Positions 25,831 through 38,545 of a DNA stretch of 64,000 nt are shown here, one piece after another. The stretch covers positions 26,583,216-26,647,215 of the forward strand of contig NC_069001.1 in NCBI RefSeq assembly GCF_001194135.2, given 5' to 3'. A model generated the notes under the pieces. That model was not told the DNA's origin. It did no database searches and saw nothing but the letters and a program-made list of their open reading frames with translations. Made by a program: the position numbers and the translations under genes. The stretch comes from Octopus bimaculoides (taxonomy: Eukaryota). Position 1 is the first letter of the stretch, and each line of letters starts with the position of its first letter.

Positions 25831-26356
25831 CATACATATACATGCACACATATGGACATGTTGAAGCGGAATGAATGAAAAAATTAAATGACTACAGTTA
25901 ATAATTTGACATGCTGATAATTAAGTTATTGATAAGGTTTCAAAAGGAAGCCATATTTTCTAAATTGAATAAGAATGTCGTATCAACTAACATCTCTTTA
26001 AAAATGTATGAAAAATGAAAGAGAAAATCCCTGTAGGTTTAATAAAATGATTCATATCAAATACAAAATAAAAGGAAAATAATAATACCAATAATACTAA
26101 ATACAACTAATAATAATCATAATAGCAACAATATTCACAATGATAAAACTTTAAATATTAAAGAACTTAAACCTGAAAAAATGTAACCCGAACGTCTTAA
26201 AAATTAATCTTATTTGAAATTGAAAAATTCTTTCAGAGAGTTGAGTCAAATGAACAAATACGGAAAAAATATATTTGAGAATGATTATTATATAAAGTAT
26301 TTTTTCTACTGCATCTTTCCAAATCCCCCTTTAAACAATTGGATATAATTTTATAT

Positions 26357-26388
<32 letters not shown>

Positions 26389-28233
26389 GGTTGTATATTT
26401 TTAAATGTACTAGTTCATATATTGATATTAAGAGCCAACACACCGAGTATCTGATAGTATAAGATAAATTTAATCGAGTTAAGTCAAATTTTTGGAAGCT
26501 TTTTTTATGGAATATAAACAAATGTGATTATATCTTGTTTCTTCTCTTTGTGTGTAGAAAAACAAAGTGATTACCACAAATGTTCCATAGGTTCTTATTC
26601 ATTTTTGAGATGATCTCTGCCAGTAATTCATCTGTCTATGAACTGATAATTTGTCAATAGTTTCTTAAATCTAACCTAAATTTCAACTTACCTGTTTTGT
26701 CCAAACTAATGCATATATCTTACGTTAGTAGAAATTGATATGATTTTATCTATAGATTAGCTTTGTATCTTTGCCTTAGTATCTAAGATTCATTTGAAAA
26801 TGACCGATTGTGGCGTGTCTCAGGCCAGATATCAATACGTTTTATACTTGCATAGAAAAGTATAAAATAGATAGTATTGATAGGTTAGTTGGATTCTCCT
26901 CCGAGGATTAGAAAGACTGAACCTTGTGCCATGCCTAACTGTAAACAGCAGAATGATTTACATATTGTGCATTTGAGATCGCTATTGACAGAAAATATTT
27001 GATATTCTACACAGAGTTTTCTAAAAGTACTGACATGCTACGTTCTTGCAATTAGAATATTGCGTTTTGTTAAGCGTTTACTATTGTTAGAATTTTTCTA
27101 TGACCGTCCTGGCTAAACTAAACCTAACACAAATGCCGTCAAGCTGTGTTCATCCATATGTTTATTTCAGTTGTAATATTACTCATCGATTATGTATATA
27201 CGAGGACGATATCCAATGTTCTTTATAACTTTATATGGTCCAATGTGAAAGTGCTTTAGCTGTTATTTCTAGCTGTTTCGGACCATGATGAGGTCCTATG
27301 GCACAGCTCTTTTATTACTGTAAAGCTGCTATTTTTTATGAGTAGATAAATAAACATGTCTACGTTTATCATGTATACCTACGTAAATTTTATAACGTAG
27401 CTGTAATTTGTAAACACCTCTTCGTGTGTAATTTTGATATAATTTAGTTCTCTCGAAGCTATCTATACATATGCATAGTAAGAATATATTTACAAATGTG
27501 ATATTAAGTCTTGTTTTTCAGTTGTATACAATAAACAATGTGGTGATTAGTTCAAAGTACAAAATGAATCGTAGCGTCGCCTATAAGACGGCTATTAAAT
27601 TACATAGACGTTGTATGTTGTTGAGTTTCTCCATGTTAAAAGGATTTTTCGGTTGTAGTTGACTGCAGATGAAGTTGTTTAATCACATTCATAAAAGATT
27701 CGTAAACATCACAAATAATTTTAACTAAATTATAAGTCATACAACAAATAACTAAATAAAACCATTGCAACAACATAATAATGTAATATACTATTCGTTT
27801 TAGAAAAATATCTTTGCTTCCATTTTTTTGCTTCGATTAATTTACGAAACACACATTCGGAAATTCAGTGATGGACTACACATAAACGGGTTTCGCTTTG
27901 TTGAATTTGAAGCAAGCTACTCTTGGCAAATTATGTCTTGCAGAGTTTATGTTCAGAAACAAATCGTAGATAACACGCCACTGTGTTTCCATAAAATCCT
28001 CATCAACTATATTTTTAAAATAAAGAAAGACTTTTATTTTCATTAGCTAACCTATACCGTTCTTTAGAAATGTTGCATTTAGCATTGTGTTTTGGATGTG
28101 AAAGCATGTTGACAATCATAAAATTTAGGATGTGATGATAAAGCACACAAACACACAAATGTGATATCAATTGGAATCATGTTAAATTATGGATGTGTGT
28201 GTGTATGTACACACACACACACATATACACACA

Positions 28234-28380
28234 CTGTCTTCTACTACCGCGACTGTCTTCTACTACCGCGACTGTCTTCTACTACCGCGACTGTCTTCTA
28301 CTACCGCGACTGTCTTCTACTACCGCGACTGTCTTCTACTACCGCGACTGTCTTCTACTACCGCGACTGTCTTCTACTAC
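28234..28380 (+). repeat. Perfect 19-bp minisatellite (ctgtcttctactaccgcga) x7.7
   Basis: Seven identical units plus a 14-bp partial unit; the unit contains tgtcttctacta from the SINE A body. Confidence 0.95.
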
Positions 28381-28945
28381 AGCCTCGAGCTGACCAGAGC
28401 TTTGTAAGTGAAATTGGTAGACAGAAACTGAAAGAATCCGGCGAGCTTCTTTCAAGGCGTCGAGCTGGCAGAAACGTTAGCACGCTGGGCGAAATGCTTA
28501 GCCGTATTTCGTCTGCTGTTACGTTCTGCGTTCAAATTCTACTGAGGTCAACTTTGCTTTTCATCTTTTCAGGGTCGATAAATTAAGTACCAGTTACGCA
28601 CTGGGCCGATGTAATCGACTTAATCCCTTTGTCTGTCCTTGTTTACCCCCTCTGTGTTTAGCCCCTTGTAGGCAATAACGAAATAAGAAACTAAAAGAAG
28701 CATGTCGTATATATATATGTGGGTGGGGCGCGTTTATTTGTATTTGTATGTCTGTTTTTGTGCCCCTATCATCGCTTGACAAATGATATTGGTATGTTTA
28801 GGTCCCGTAAATTAGCGGTTCGGCAAAAGAGACCGATAGAATAAGTACTAGGCTTACAAAGAAGTCCTGGAATCGATTTGCTCGACTAAAGGCAGTGCTC
28901 CAGCATAGCCGCAGTCAAATGGCTGAAACAAGTAAAAGAAGAAAA
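28381..28945 (+). mobile_element. 5'-truncated SINE A interrupted by a SINE B insertion
   Basis: A-family sequence 28381-28436 resumes at 28686 and continues through the microsatellite and 3' half to gaaacaagtaaaaga at ~28940. Confidence 0.85.
28456..28690 (+). mobile_element. SINE family B, full length, nested in SINE A
   Basis: ggcgtcgagctggcagaaacgttagcacgctgggcgaaatgcttag...gggtcgataaattaagtaccag...aatcgacttaatcccttt...gtaggcaataacgaaataag. Flanked by agaaactgaaagaa (28423-28436) / agaaactaaaagaa (28686-28699). Confidence 0.9.
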
Positions 28946-31900
28946 GAATACATACAAACATACATGCATGCATACATACACACACACACACACACTCACA
29001 CATACACACACACACATATATATATATACGTACATGCATATTTAATCATTTGTGAGATTATGGTAATTCAGTTACTCCTAAATGACTTATTTTCTTATCA
29101 GCCTTCTGATTTCAATCTAGTTTTAACGAACTTCTCTCGCTACAGCATCGGATTTGTTGTCTACAATAGAGATACACTAAAGCGGAGGATAACATGTAAT
29201 GGTTGGCAGCATATTCTGATTTGATTTGTCTGGGGGTTTTTTTAAAGATTTTTGACGTAAAATTAAATCCGGAGGCTAATAAACTTTAAATGTTTGCGGA
29301 TTGAAAGTATTAGACGATTAACTCATTGGTTGTTGCCATCTATAAATAATCAAATGTCGGATAATAATGAAATAGTAAATGTCTCGGCTATAATATTGTT
29401 TTATTTATAGCCGGTTCGTGTAAACAATGTATTGAGATATTAGGATAACGTTGATTTTTTTTTGCAGTCTATGGATATACTTGGAGAGAAATATTCTAAC
29501 AGCTTATTTTTTCTTCTTTTTACTGCTTTATTTTTTAAACGAAATAAAGCAAATAATAGAAATTTTGTTTTAAGATGCAATCATTAATAAGTATGTTTGG
29601 AAATTCTCTGGAAATCTCAGTGAGCATTAATTTCCTATTTTCGCGTAAAAATAGTAATGGTTTCTAAGTGAATTTGAACAGAACATGCATCTTAATCCGT
29701 TGTGTTAATTTATTGTTGACCACGTACGCAGACCGTGCAAGATAAACGGAAATTTTTCTTTGCATCACAGTTACATCAGCAGCTGCCAAGATTCAATAGA
29801 TATCTGATTAGCAGGTTCTCTTTGGATTTTATAAACAAAGAATGAATGAATATACGGGCTTCTCTTTCTACTTGACAAACATTCCATGAAAACATCTGCT
29901 TCCCCAAGAGAGAAATATACGACGATGACCAATAATTCGCATTTTTCTTTCTCGTTTCGTAATGCTTTTGATGTTCCGCATTCATGTTCAGTTAATATGC
30001 TTCCTTATACAAGTTTTCCCTCCCAACACTCTGATCACCAAGTAAATTAATACCATTCTTTTCCACTACGATATACCCTATCTTTAAGTTGGCGTCAGTT
30101 AAATCCGTACTACAATACATTCCCAACTATACAGCAAACGCTTTCATCAATACTTCTCAGCTGGTTTGGATAATTAAAGCTAGTTTACCAGCATCATTCA
30201 CAATCCGTTTCAGTGACTACTGGAATGGGTATGCTGACTTGCATGCCTCAATTCTTTCTGGCTCTTCCTTACTTTTGCTATAGCATTCTATCTAATTATC
30301 TGCTCTCTATGTGCAACAACAATTCTCTCTAACCTGACTGTTGATCAGGGGTTTATATTTATTAAGTTTTCAATTTAGCCCTATTGATATTGAAAGTCTA
30401 TAATAATCAATCTTCGTCCTATTGTTGAATTATCAGAGAAATAATGAATATTCTTTGCTGCAGCCGATTATGATGATGATGATGATCATTATTATTATTA
30501 CTATTATCATCATCATCATCATCATCATCATCATAACGGAAATGATAATCATAATAATTATTACGGATTTATGACAAAAATGTTAAAGTGATTAGGTAAG
30601 CTTATTACATCGAGCGAGTTACTTGATTGCTACTTTAATAAATTGTCACCAAAAGGAAGAAAGGAAAACTACCCCATCTGGATATGAACTCACAACATCA
30701 AGGGCTGTAACTAATTTAATTACTTTAAAAACAAAAACAGTTTTTCTTGAGTCTGCCAATGCCACTGACCTTGCATAATTCTTTTTAATATCGATAAATA
30801 TTTATTTGGTAATATACATCAGGGTTTACTGGTAGGCTTTTTATCAAATCTCCAAGAATGAAATTATGATTTGACCTCAAAGTCATATGATTTTAACGGT
30901 TTAACCAAGTGTCATACATTTCATCATCATTATTGTAAACATGATCCTCATCATCTTCAATTTTTTAAAAAATCTTCACCAATATCGCCATTCAACACCT
31001 TCGACGTACAACCATCACCATTTTCATCGACATTGTTGTCATATATATATATATATATGCATACATACGTGTGTGTGTGTGTGTGTGTGTGTNNNNNNNN
31101 NNNNNNNNNNNNNNNNNNNNNNNNNNNNNNNNNNNNNNNNNNNNNNNNNNNNNNNNNNNNNNNNNNNNNNNNNNNNNNNNNNNNNNNNNNNNNNNNNNNN
31201 NNNNNNNNNNNNNNNNNNNNNNNNNNNNNNNNNNNNNNNNNNNNNNNNNNNNNNNNNNNNNNNNNNNNNNNNNNNNNNNNNNNNNNNNNNNNNNNNNNNN
31301 NNNNNNNNNNNNNNNNNNNNNNNNNNNNNNNNNNNNNNNNNNNNNNNNNNNNNNNNNNNNNNNNNNNNNNNNNNNNNNNNNNNNNNNNNNNNNNNNNNNN
31401 NNNNNNNNNNNNNNNNNNNNNNNNNNNNNNNNNNNNNNNNNNNNNNNNNNNNNNNNNNNNNNNNNNNNNNNNNNNNNNNNNNNNNNNNNNNNNNNNNNNN
31501 NNNNNNNNNNNNNNNNNNNNNNNNNNNNNNNNNNNNNNNNNNNNNNNNNNNNNNNNNNNNNNNNNNNNNNNNNNNNNNNNNNNNNNNNNNNNNNNNNNNN
31601 NNNNNNNNNNNNNNNNNNNNNNNNNNNNNNNNNNNNNNNNNNNNNNNNNNNNNNNNNNNNNNNNNNNNNNNNNNNNNNNNNNNNNNNNNNNNNNNNNNNN
31701 NNNNNNNNNNNNNNNNNNNNNNNNNNNNNNNNNNNNNNNNNNNNNNNNNNNNNNNNNNNNNNNNNNNNNNNNNNNNNNNNNNNNNNNNNNNNNNNNNNNN
31801 NNNNNNNNNNNNNNNNNNNNNNNNNNNNNNNNNNNNNNNNNATATATATATATATATATATATATATATAACAGTTCAAGTATGAAATAATGTATTTCAC

Positions 31901-32020
31901 TTTTAGTTATAGTATTACTCGTCAAATTAAATCCAATCCTGCTTGTTTTGTTTTGGAGAGAATTATATAGAGCTTTCACTTATATATTATTTGTATGGAC
32001 TTAAAGATTGGTCGCTGTTT

Positions 32021-32078
32021 AGTAGATAATTTAGTCATTGTAGCTTTACAGTAGATAATTTAGTCATTGTAGCTTTAC
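32021..32078. repeat. Exact 29-bp tandem duplication
   Basis: agtagataatttagtcattgtagctttac occurs at 32021-32049 and 32050-32078. Confidence 0.9.
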
Positions 32079-33874
32079 ACCGATACAGATGTATGTAGGT
32101 TTATGCGTTTTTGTTTGTTGTAGTTTGATTTTAAAGTTATTGTTTAATCCTGCCTATATTTAGATTGAAATAATGTGGTTATTAAGCTTTCATTTTTATA
32201 TTATACTATGGATGGAGGTAGGGAATATTTTCTGTATGACTTAAAGGTTTGGTTGCTGTTTAGTTACATATTTAGGAGTTGGTTATAGAATTACTTATCG
32301 AATTTATTTACCGATACTGTTGTACATAAAGTAAATGTGTTTGAAAGTTGTTTCTTTGGTATGTTTGTTCCAAAACAACACTTATTATTTTAGTGCTGTT
32401 GACACCACCGGATTGAATGGTACTGCCTAAGTGTCGAAATCATAATGATATCCATGGAGCAGATGATGATGGAGGTATGGCTGTATTTGTATATGTGGAA
32501 TAGCATTATAACACATCCTTTTGATATATGCACACACGCAATTTATACAAGCATGACCGGATCATTTTTGCTGATTCATGTTATCTAGAAGAAATACTCA
32601 TTGAACATTAATTTATGAAGCAGTATTGCACACACCCAGTGTATGAAACGTATAGATTTCTGTATTGTGACAAATTGCAACCATGCATGCTTACACACAC
32701 ATTCAGATATGTGTGTGCGTGTGTGTATGTCGTTGTGCTATTGTGTTTATCTATGCAGTCAATTAACTGCGCTATGTGCATTTGTATCAATTTTATTGCA
32801 CATATGCATAGGGGAGATACATCTTTGAAGCGATGACTTTTTCCTTCAATCATGACACTTAAATACCTTAGAGATTGTTCTAAATTTGTCTGCATTATGA
32901 TATTCATTTATATACTGCACGGTAGAAGACGTCTTCCACAAGCCTAAACTTAGTGAATTATAATGCAAAGTCAAAATTCTTCTCTCGTGGGTTTTCAATT
33001 GCGATCAGCAGAAATGGTCAATTATTTTAGTGATCATTTTAGTGAATTGGCGCCGCCATGTTTAATGCTCAAATTTATTTTAGTTTTTAAATATAATTCG
33101 TCCTCCATTTTAATAATTCATAATCATCTTTACCATTATCGTCTTCGTCATCATCGTCACCATAACTATCACATTAACATCTTCAACATCATAACAATCA
33201 TGATCATCAGCATCCATACTATGCTCATTAGAGTGCTTGTTTCGCCATATGAAGTAGGCAGTGGAAAAGTTGTGTTTTTGTTTTACATATTAACACCGCA
33301 TTTTTTTTTTAACACGAGAGGTTGTCATAAATAATAGTCAGAAGGTTGAACCAAACAATTTATATTATTTGCTTTGCTCTAATCGGTGTAATCTCAAACT
33401 CTGCCGAGGACTCTATGCTTTCACATGTTTCTAGTTATCAGATGTCAGATAATTATTTTCCTTTCTCCACGTGGCTCCAAATGTTTCTTGTCTACTCAAA
33501 TACAGAGATCCAAGTTGTCATCTTGTAATAATTTCATCGACTCGCTTATATATATTGCAAAGTGAACATCGGCATATTTTGTACTCGGCATAAAAAGCAG
33601 ACGAAATACCGTTATTACATAATTTTGCGAAAATTTTCGAAATGAGACATTATTTCGTAGGCCTCGATCAAATCTGAAGTAGTGAGGGCATTTTATTTAT
33701 GAGGTTGCGAATGTTAACGCAAAGACAACGATAAACTTAAACGATTGATTGAATGATTGAACGATTAATCAAACACACAATTACCTATTGATTAAATATT
33801 AAATACATGAGTAATTATCTTTTCTAATATAGGCACAAGGCATGAAATATTGTGGGGTGGGACAGTGCTCAAAT

Positions 33875-33975
33875 GGCATTTATTTTCTAGATCTCGTTAG
33901 GCTGAAAGATAAGCTCAAACTCGGCAGAAATGACACTCAACGAGTAAACCGCTCAGCATTTGTCCTTCGTACGGA
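33875..33975 (-). mobile_element. Degenerate SINE B fragment
   Basis: gctgaaagataagctcaaactcggcagaaatgacactcaacg...ccgctcagcatttgtcc resembles the reverse complement of the B head. Confidence 0.5.
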
Positions 33976-34219
33976 CGGTGCTGTCAGAACGCGGTTTTCC
34001 TCTAGAACAACTATTTATTACATGCACAGAAAAATGCATGCAATATTTTCATCTTTAAACAGAATTATGAGAGAAAACTGAATCGATGTTTGAAAAACGG
34101 ACTACGGAAATACATAATAATGAGCGGTTGAGACTCAGTTGACGTACTGTTACGATAATATTTATCTACATACGTGGAAAACATCGTGTTACAATAACAC
34201 ATACATCCATATATTTATG

Positions 34220-34254
<35 letters not shown>

Positions 34255-34489
34255 AACGCACGTTTTGTATGTGCTTGTGAAAGAGAATATGCATATATGA
34301 CAAGGCAGCAGACGCTTCGCAACTACGAAAGTGCGACTAAAGTATACTTTAATTGGCGGGAGCTTTTGTTGGTAGCATCAATCCTCATAATATATCACAC
34401 AGTGGGATCGAAACCTGCATAACAAGACTGTGAAATAAGCTATGTTACCGCACAGCGATGTATTTTTTTTTGTTTTTGTGTGTTTGTGT

Positions 34490-34785
34490 CAGTCATTAGA
34501 CTGCGAATACTGTAGGTCACCCCATGGAATGGCTTACTAGAACAAATAGACCGAGTTTCCCTGTTCTTATTAAAATCTAGTATTTATATCACCCTCAACA
34601 CAGAGCTACTAAATGATATGGATATATGACTGACCTTATTCACTTCCCGTCTACAGTATCTACTCACAACGCTTTGTTCGGCCCAGAACTATAGAATACA
34701 TTTTATTAATCTACCAAGCAGGACTGAACACGGAGGAACATGATGTAATAGCAAACTACTTACCACGCAGCCATTGCTACGCCTA
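34490..34785 (-). mobile_element. Old degenerate SINE A
   Basis: cagtcattagactgcg ... ttcccgtctacagtatctactcacaacgctttgttcggccc ... caaactacttaccacgcagcca matches reverse-complemented A 3' and 5' landmarks. Confidence 0.6.
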
Positions 34786-35104
34786 AATATGCATATATTT
34801 TTAAAACCTGCTCTGCTATTTTTCAGCTATGCATTTTGCCGAGTAGATAAGTATTCTAGATTACCAGCTGAAAGATTTCATTGATGCAAATTAAAGCCCC
34901 TTAATGTCAACGGCCTAATCTACTCCACCTAATTGTAGATATATTATCAGTGGGTGGTACGGCAACTGGTGTGAAGAAAACATATACATTATTAATGACT
35001 GATTCATTGCCTAACTTAGTGGAGTTAAGTAGAATCTGTGTAGGCTTTAGATTTGCAAGAGATAAACTACAACTTTCTGATATATTTGTATGTATTACTT
35101 AGAT

Positions 35105-35470
35105 ACCAGGCGTGGCTGTATTAAGAAGTTTGCTTCGCAACAGCATTTTTCCGGATTCGGTCCCATTGCATGGTGCATTGGGCAAGTGTGTTCTACTACG
35201 GCCTTGGGCCAACCAAAGCCTTGTGGGTGGATTTCGTTGACGGAAAATGAAATAAGCTCATCGTATATGTATGTGTGTGTGCCGATGTGTTTGTCCTCTA
35301 CTACAGCTTGACGACCGATGGTGGTGCTTTTACGTCATCCATAACTTAGCCCTCCGATAAAAGGGACCGATTAAATAAGAATCGGAGCTTGAAAAGAATT
35401 ACTAGGGGTGATTAGTTCCATAAAAATTCTTCTAGGCAGTGCCACAAAATCAAGTAAGTGATAAAAGATG
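35105..35470 (+). mobile_element. SINE A (left arm of local inverted duplication)
   Basis: Head gtggctgtattaagaagtttgcttc through aagtaagtgataaaaga. Confidence 0.8.
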
Positions 35471-35801
35471 TATGTGTGTGTGTGCACGCGCGTGTGTAAA
35501 TCAGCGTGTTGAAGCAATTGGCTACTATTTTTAGCCAGTTGAATATATACAAATCCTCATGCTGCATCGGCTTCTTTTCATTCCGAGTGTGATGTTTGCA
35601 TATAAATTTTAACGTGAGTTAATATGGATGAAAATTTGTATATCCGGCGGCAGAGCTGAAGCGTGCTTGTGCGTCACTGAGGAAGGTTTGTGACTGTCAA
35701 GACGATTGATACGTTACAGAATGAAGGTGCCAGTTTGACTTTGTTTTAGGAAATGAGAGAATCTGTTTAAAATAATTCGACCGGAAATTACAAACACAGA
35801 T

Positions 35802-35841
<40 letters not shown>

Positions 35842-36384
35842 ACATATACATAATACTCGCAAACAAAATCAGATAAGCGCAGAACGCTCCCACCCCAACC
35901 AGTTCCTATACAGAACTAATTTATAAATATTTGTTCCCCCCCCCAAAATGCCGCTCTTTCATAAACACACATAAAAATATGTAGTAAATACCATGTTCTC
36001 TCTTCGCTGTCCGCTACGGAATACACATCCACGCACAAGCACACACATCAACACAAACACTAGGCATGTGTATATGTATATACTCAAACATGCACGTTGT
36101 TTCAATTCTTTTTTTGTCGCAATATTTATTTTGTTTTTCAATATTCTAGCATATACATATAATAAGAAAGAAGAATGTTCGCAAAGACATACAAATATAA
36201 AATTTAATCTGAAGAATTTATATATAATGGTAGTGAAATGAAAAGAAGACGATGTGTATTTCATCGATGCAGCAAAGAGATTTGTATATATATTCAACTG
36301 GCTAAAAATAGTAGCCAATTGTCTCAACACGCTGATTTACACACACATCGCACGCGCACAATCACATAAACACACACACATACA

Positions 36385-36712
36385 CACATCTTTTATCACT
36401 TACTTGTTTTAGTCTTTAGACTCTGGCGATGCTGGGTCACTGCCTAGTAGAATTTTAGTGGAACGAGTCTACCCTAGTAATTCTTTTCAAGTACTGATTC
36501 TTATTCAGTCGGGCACTTTTGTCGGATGACGTTAAAGCATCACCATCAATCGTCAAACTATAGTGGAGGACAAACACAAAGGCACACGCACGCATACATA
36601 TACATGTATACATATACGATGGGTTTATTTCATTTTCCGTCAACCAAATCCACCCACAAGGCTTTGATTGGCCCAAGGCTGTAGTAGAATACACTCGCCC
36701 AATGCACCATGC
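36385..36712 (-). mobile_element. SINE A (right arm of local inverted duplication)
   Basis: Reverse complement shares private variants with the 35105 copy (catggtgcattgggc, ttgacggaaaatgaaataa, cttgaaaagaattactaggg). Confidence 0.8.
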
Positions 36713-36948
36713 GGTGATATTCACTATAGGAACACATCTAGGGTGACATATCTGGAGAAACGATTCAACAGAGTAATAAAACGAAGCAAATATTGCCACT
36801 GATAAAAATTCTAAATGTTTTTTAATCTTGCCTTATTTACGACCGCTTTTCGACTTTCAAATTACCTGAACATTTCTGTTATGCACTGTATGTAATTCGC
36901 CACTAACACCCAAGATTCGTATATCATGCTAGTATATTATATGCCTTA

Positions 36949-37160
36949 GGCAGCAGCGTCTTGGCCGGACCGTTAGCACGATGGGGAAAATGTTTAGCGG
37001 CATTTCGCCCGTCTTTACGTTCTGAGATCAAATTCTGTCGAGGTTGATTTAACATTTCGGGGTCGATAAAACAAGAACTTGTTGAGCACTAGGGTTGGCG
37101 TAATCAACTGGCCTTCCTCCCTCGAAGTTGCAAGCCTTGTGCCAAAATTTAAAACAAATA
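36949..37160 (+). mobile_element. SINE B with alternative tail
   Basis: B head and core (ttagcacg...aaatgtttagcggcatttcg...tcggggtcgataaaac) followed by the tail gttgcaagccttgtgccaaaatttaaaac. Confidence 0.75.
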
Positions 37161-38377
37161 TAGTATGTCTGTCTACTATGAAGAAATGTCATCGTCTCTA
37201 AGAGGACAGAGATTTGTATTGAAAGTAGATCAAATGCTAAGTATGTTAATTATATTTTCTATTATTTGCTTAAATTCCGAACGACACAACTCTGTATTCA
37301 CTGCCACAGACGATTTAGCCTTTAATGATTAAGAATCAACGCTCTGCAATAGTTAGGTGAGATCTATAATGAAGCAATGCTCTCACTTTCTGGGATTGAT
37401 ATATTGTGGCACATACCGACATCCTAGACCACAGCTAGTAAGAGTCTTTTGACTAACTGATATTAAGCCTTTCACAAACACGATTCGACATTTGGGCCAG
37501 CCAATCTCTCTTTCTGGCTGTTCTCCTTTTACCGCAATAACCTCTCTGCCTTGAAGCTGACTGCTACATGCAAAAGCTACTCAAGCATTAACTATCTATT
37601 CATTCTTCCTCTTCTATTCATTCTTGTTGTATCGAAAAGCCCCAAGTCACGTGTAACTTACTACGCTTAGTCATTCCTTCTTAGAATATCGGTTTCCTGG
37701 AATATACATCGCGATTTATCAAACGTAGATTCGAGAGGCAAAACAACCTGAAGGATTGCATATGATTTTGGTACTGTCACGACCTGCCACAGCCAGCAAT
37801 TAAATGGAATAAAAAACATTAAAAAAAGAACTATTTGATGTTGGCATTCACCCCTCCTATTCGTGCTACACATTATATTTCTCTGTTCTACAATTATTTG
37901 TCATTTATTCAAGCAAAAATTCCAGTTTTCATTAAAATTTGTCTCCTTCCAACGCCACTGCAATAAACAGATATCATATATCTATTGCATTTGTGGGTCA
38001 TAAATGCTTTTCAGAGACATAACCCTTAGTGTGTAACTGTAAATGAAAATTAAAATTGAGCATTGACAGTTACTGACACAAACACGAAGGTAGATAAACA
38101 GGCAGACAGGCAGATAGACAAACCGATAGATAGATAGATAGTGTTATAAACTTATGCGAATTTATGGTACATAAATACGTTCACAACACGCCGTTGAGAT
38201 TTTTGCAGTTTACAATCTGGGATCTTTTTAAAAATAACAGATGTATTGGATTTTGTGTTTATTGGTTATATCCCGTTCCATTAATTCATTTATTCGAATT
38301 AATGTTGATGTAACGAATCATTTATTGAACTCAATCTTCCATTTGCAATTATTTCGTTTGATGGATTGATTCGGTAA

Positions 38378-38545
38378 GGAGAAAAAATATTTTAATTTTG
38401 TGCAATTTAATTTAAAATTCAAGTATAGCTGAGACTTGAGGGCACCAGAACTGATGTGATTCCGTGTACACAAAATCATAGTGATATCACCTATGCAAAA
38501 TCCTGCATAAATTACTCCTCTCACTACCCTGTTATATTGCATCCG
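38378..38545 (+). mobile_element. Decayed LINE APE-endonuclease C-terminal relic
   Basis: One frame reads GEKIF*FCAI*FKIQV*LRLEGTRTDVIPCTQNHSDITYAKSCINYSSHYPVIL. This parallels the ordered motifs NG..LL.FC...L.I, RIDYI and SDH.PV of LINE endonucleases; three stops. Confidence 0.45.
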
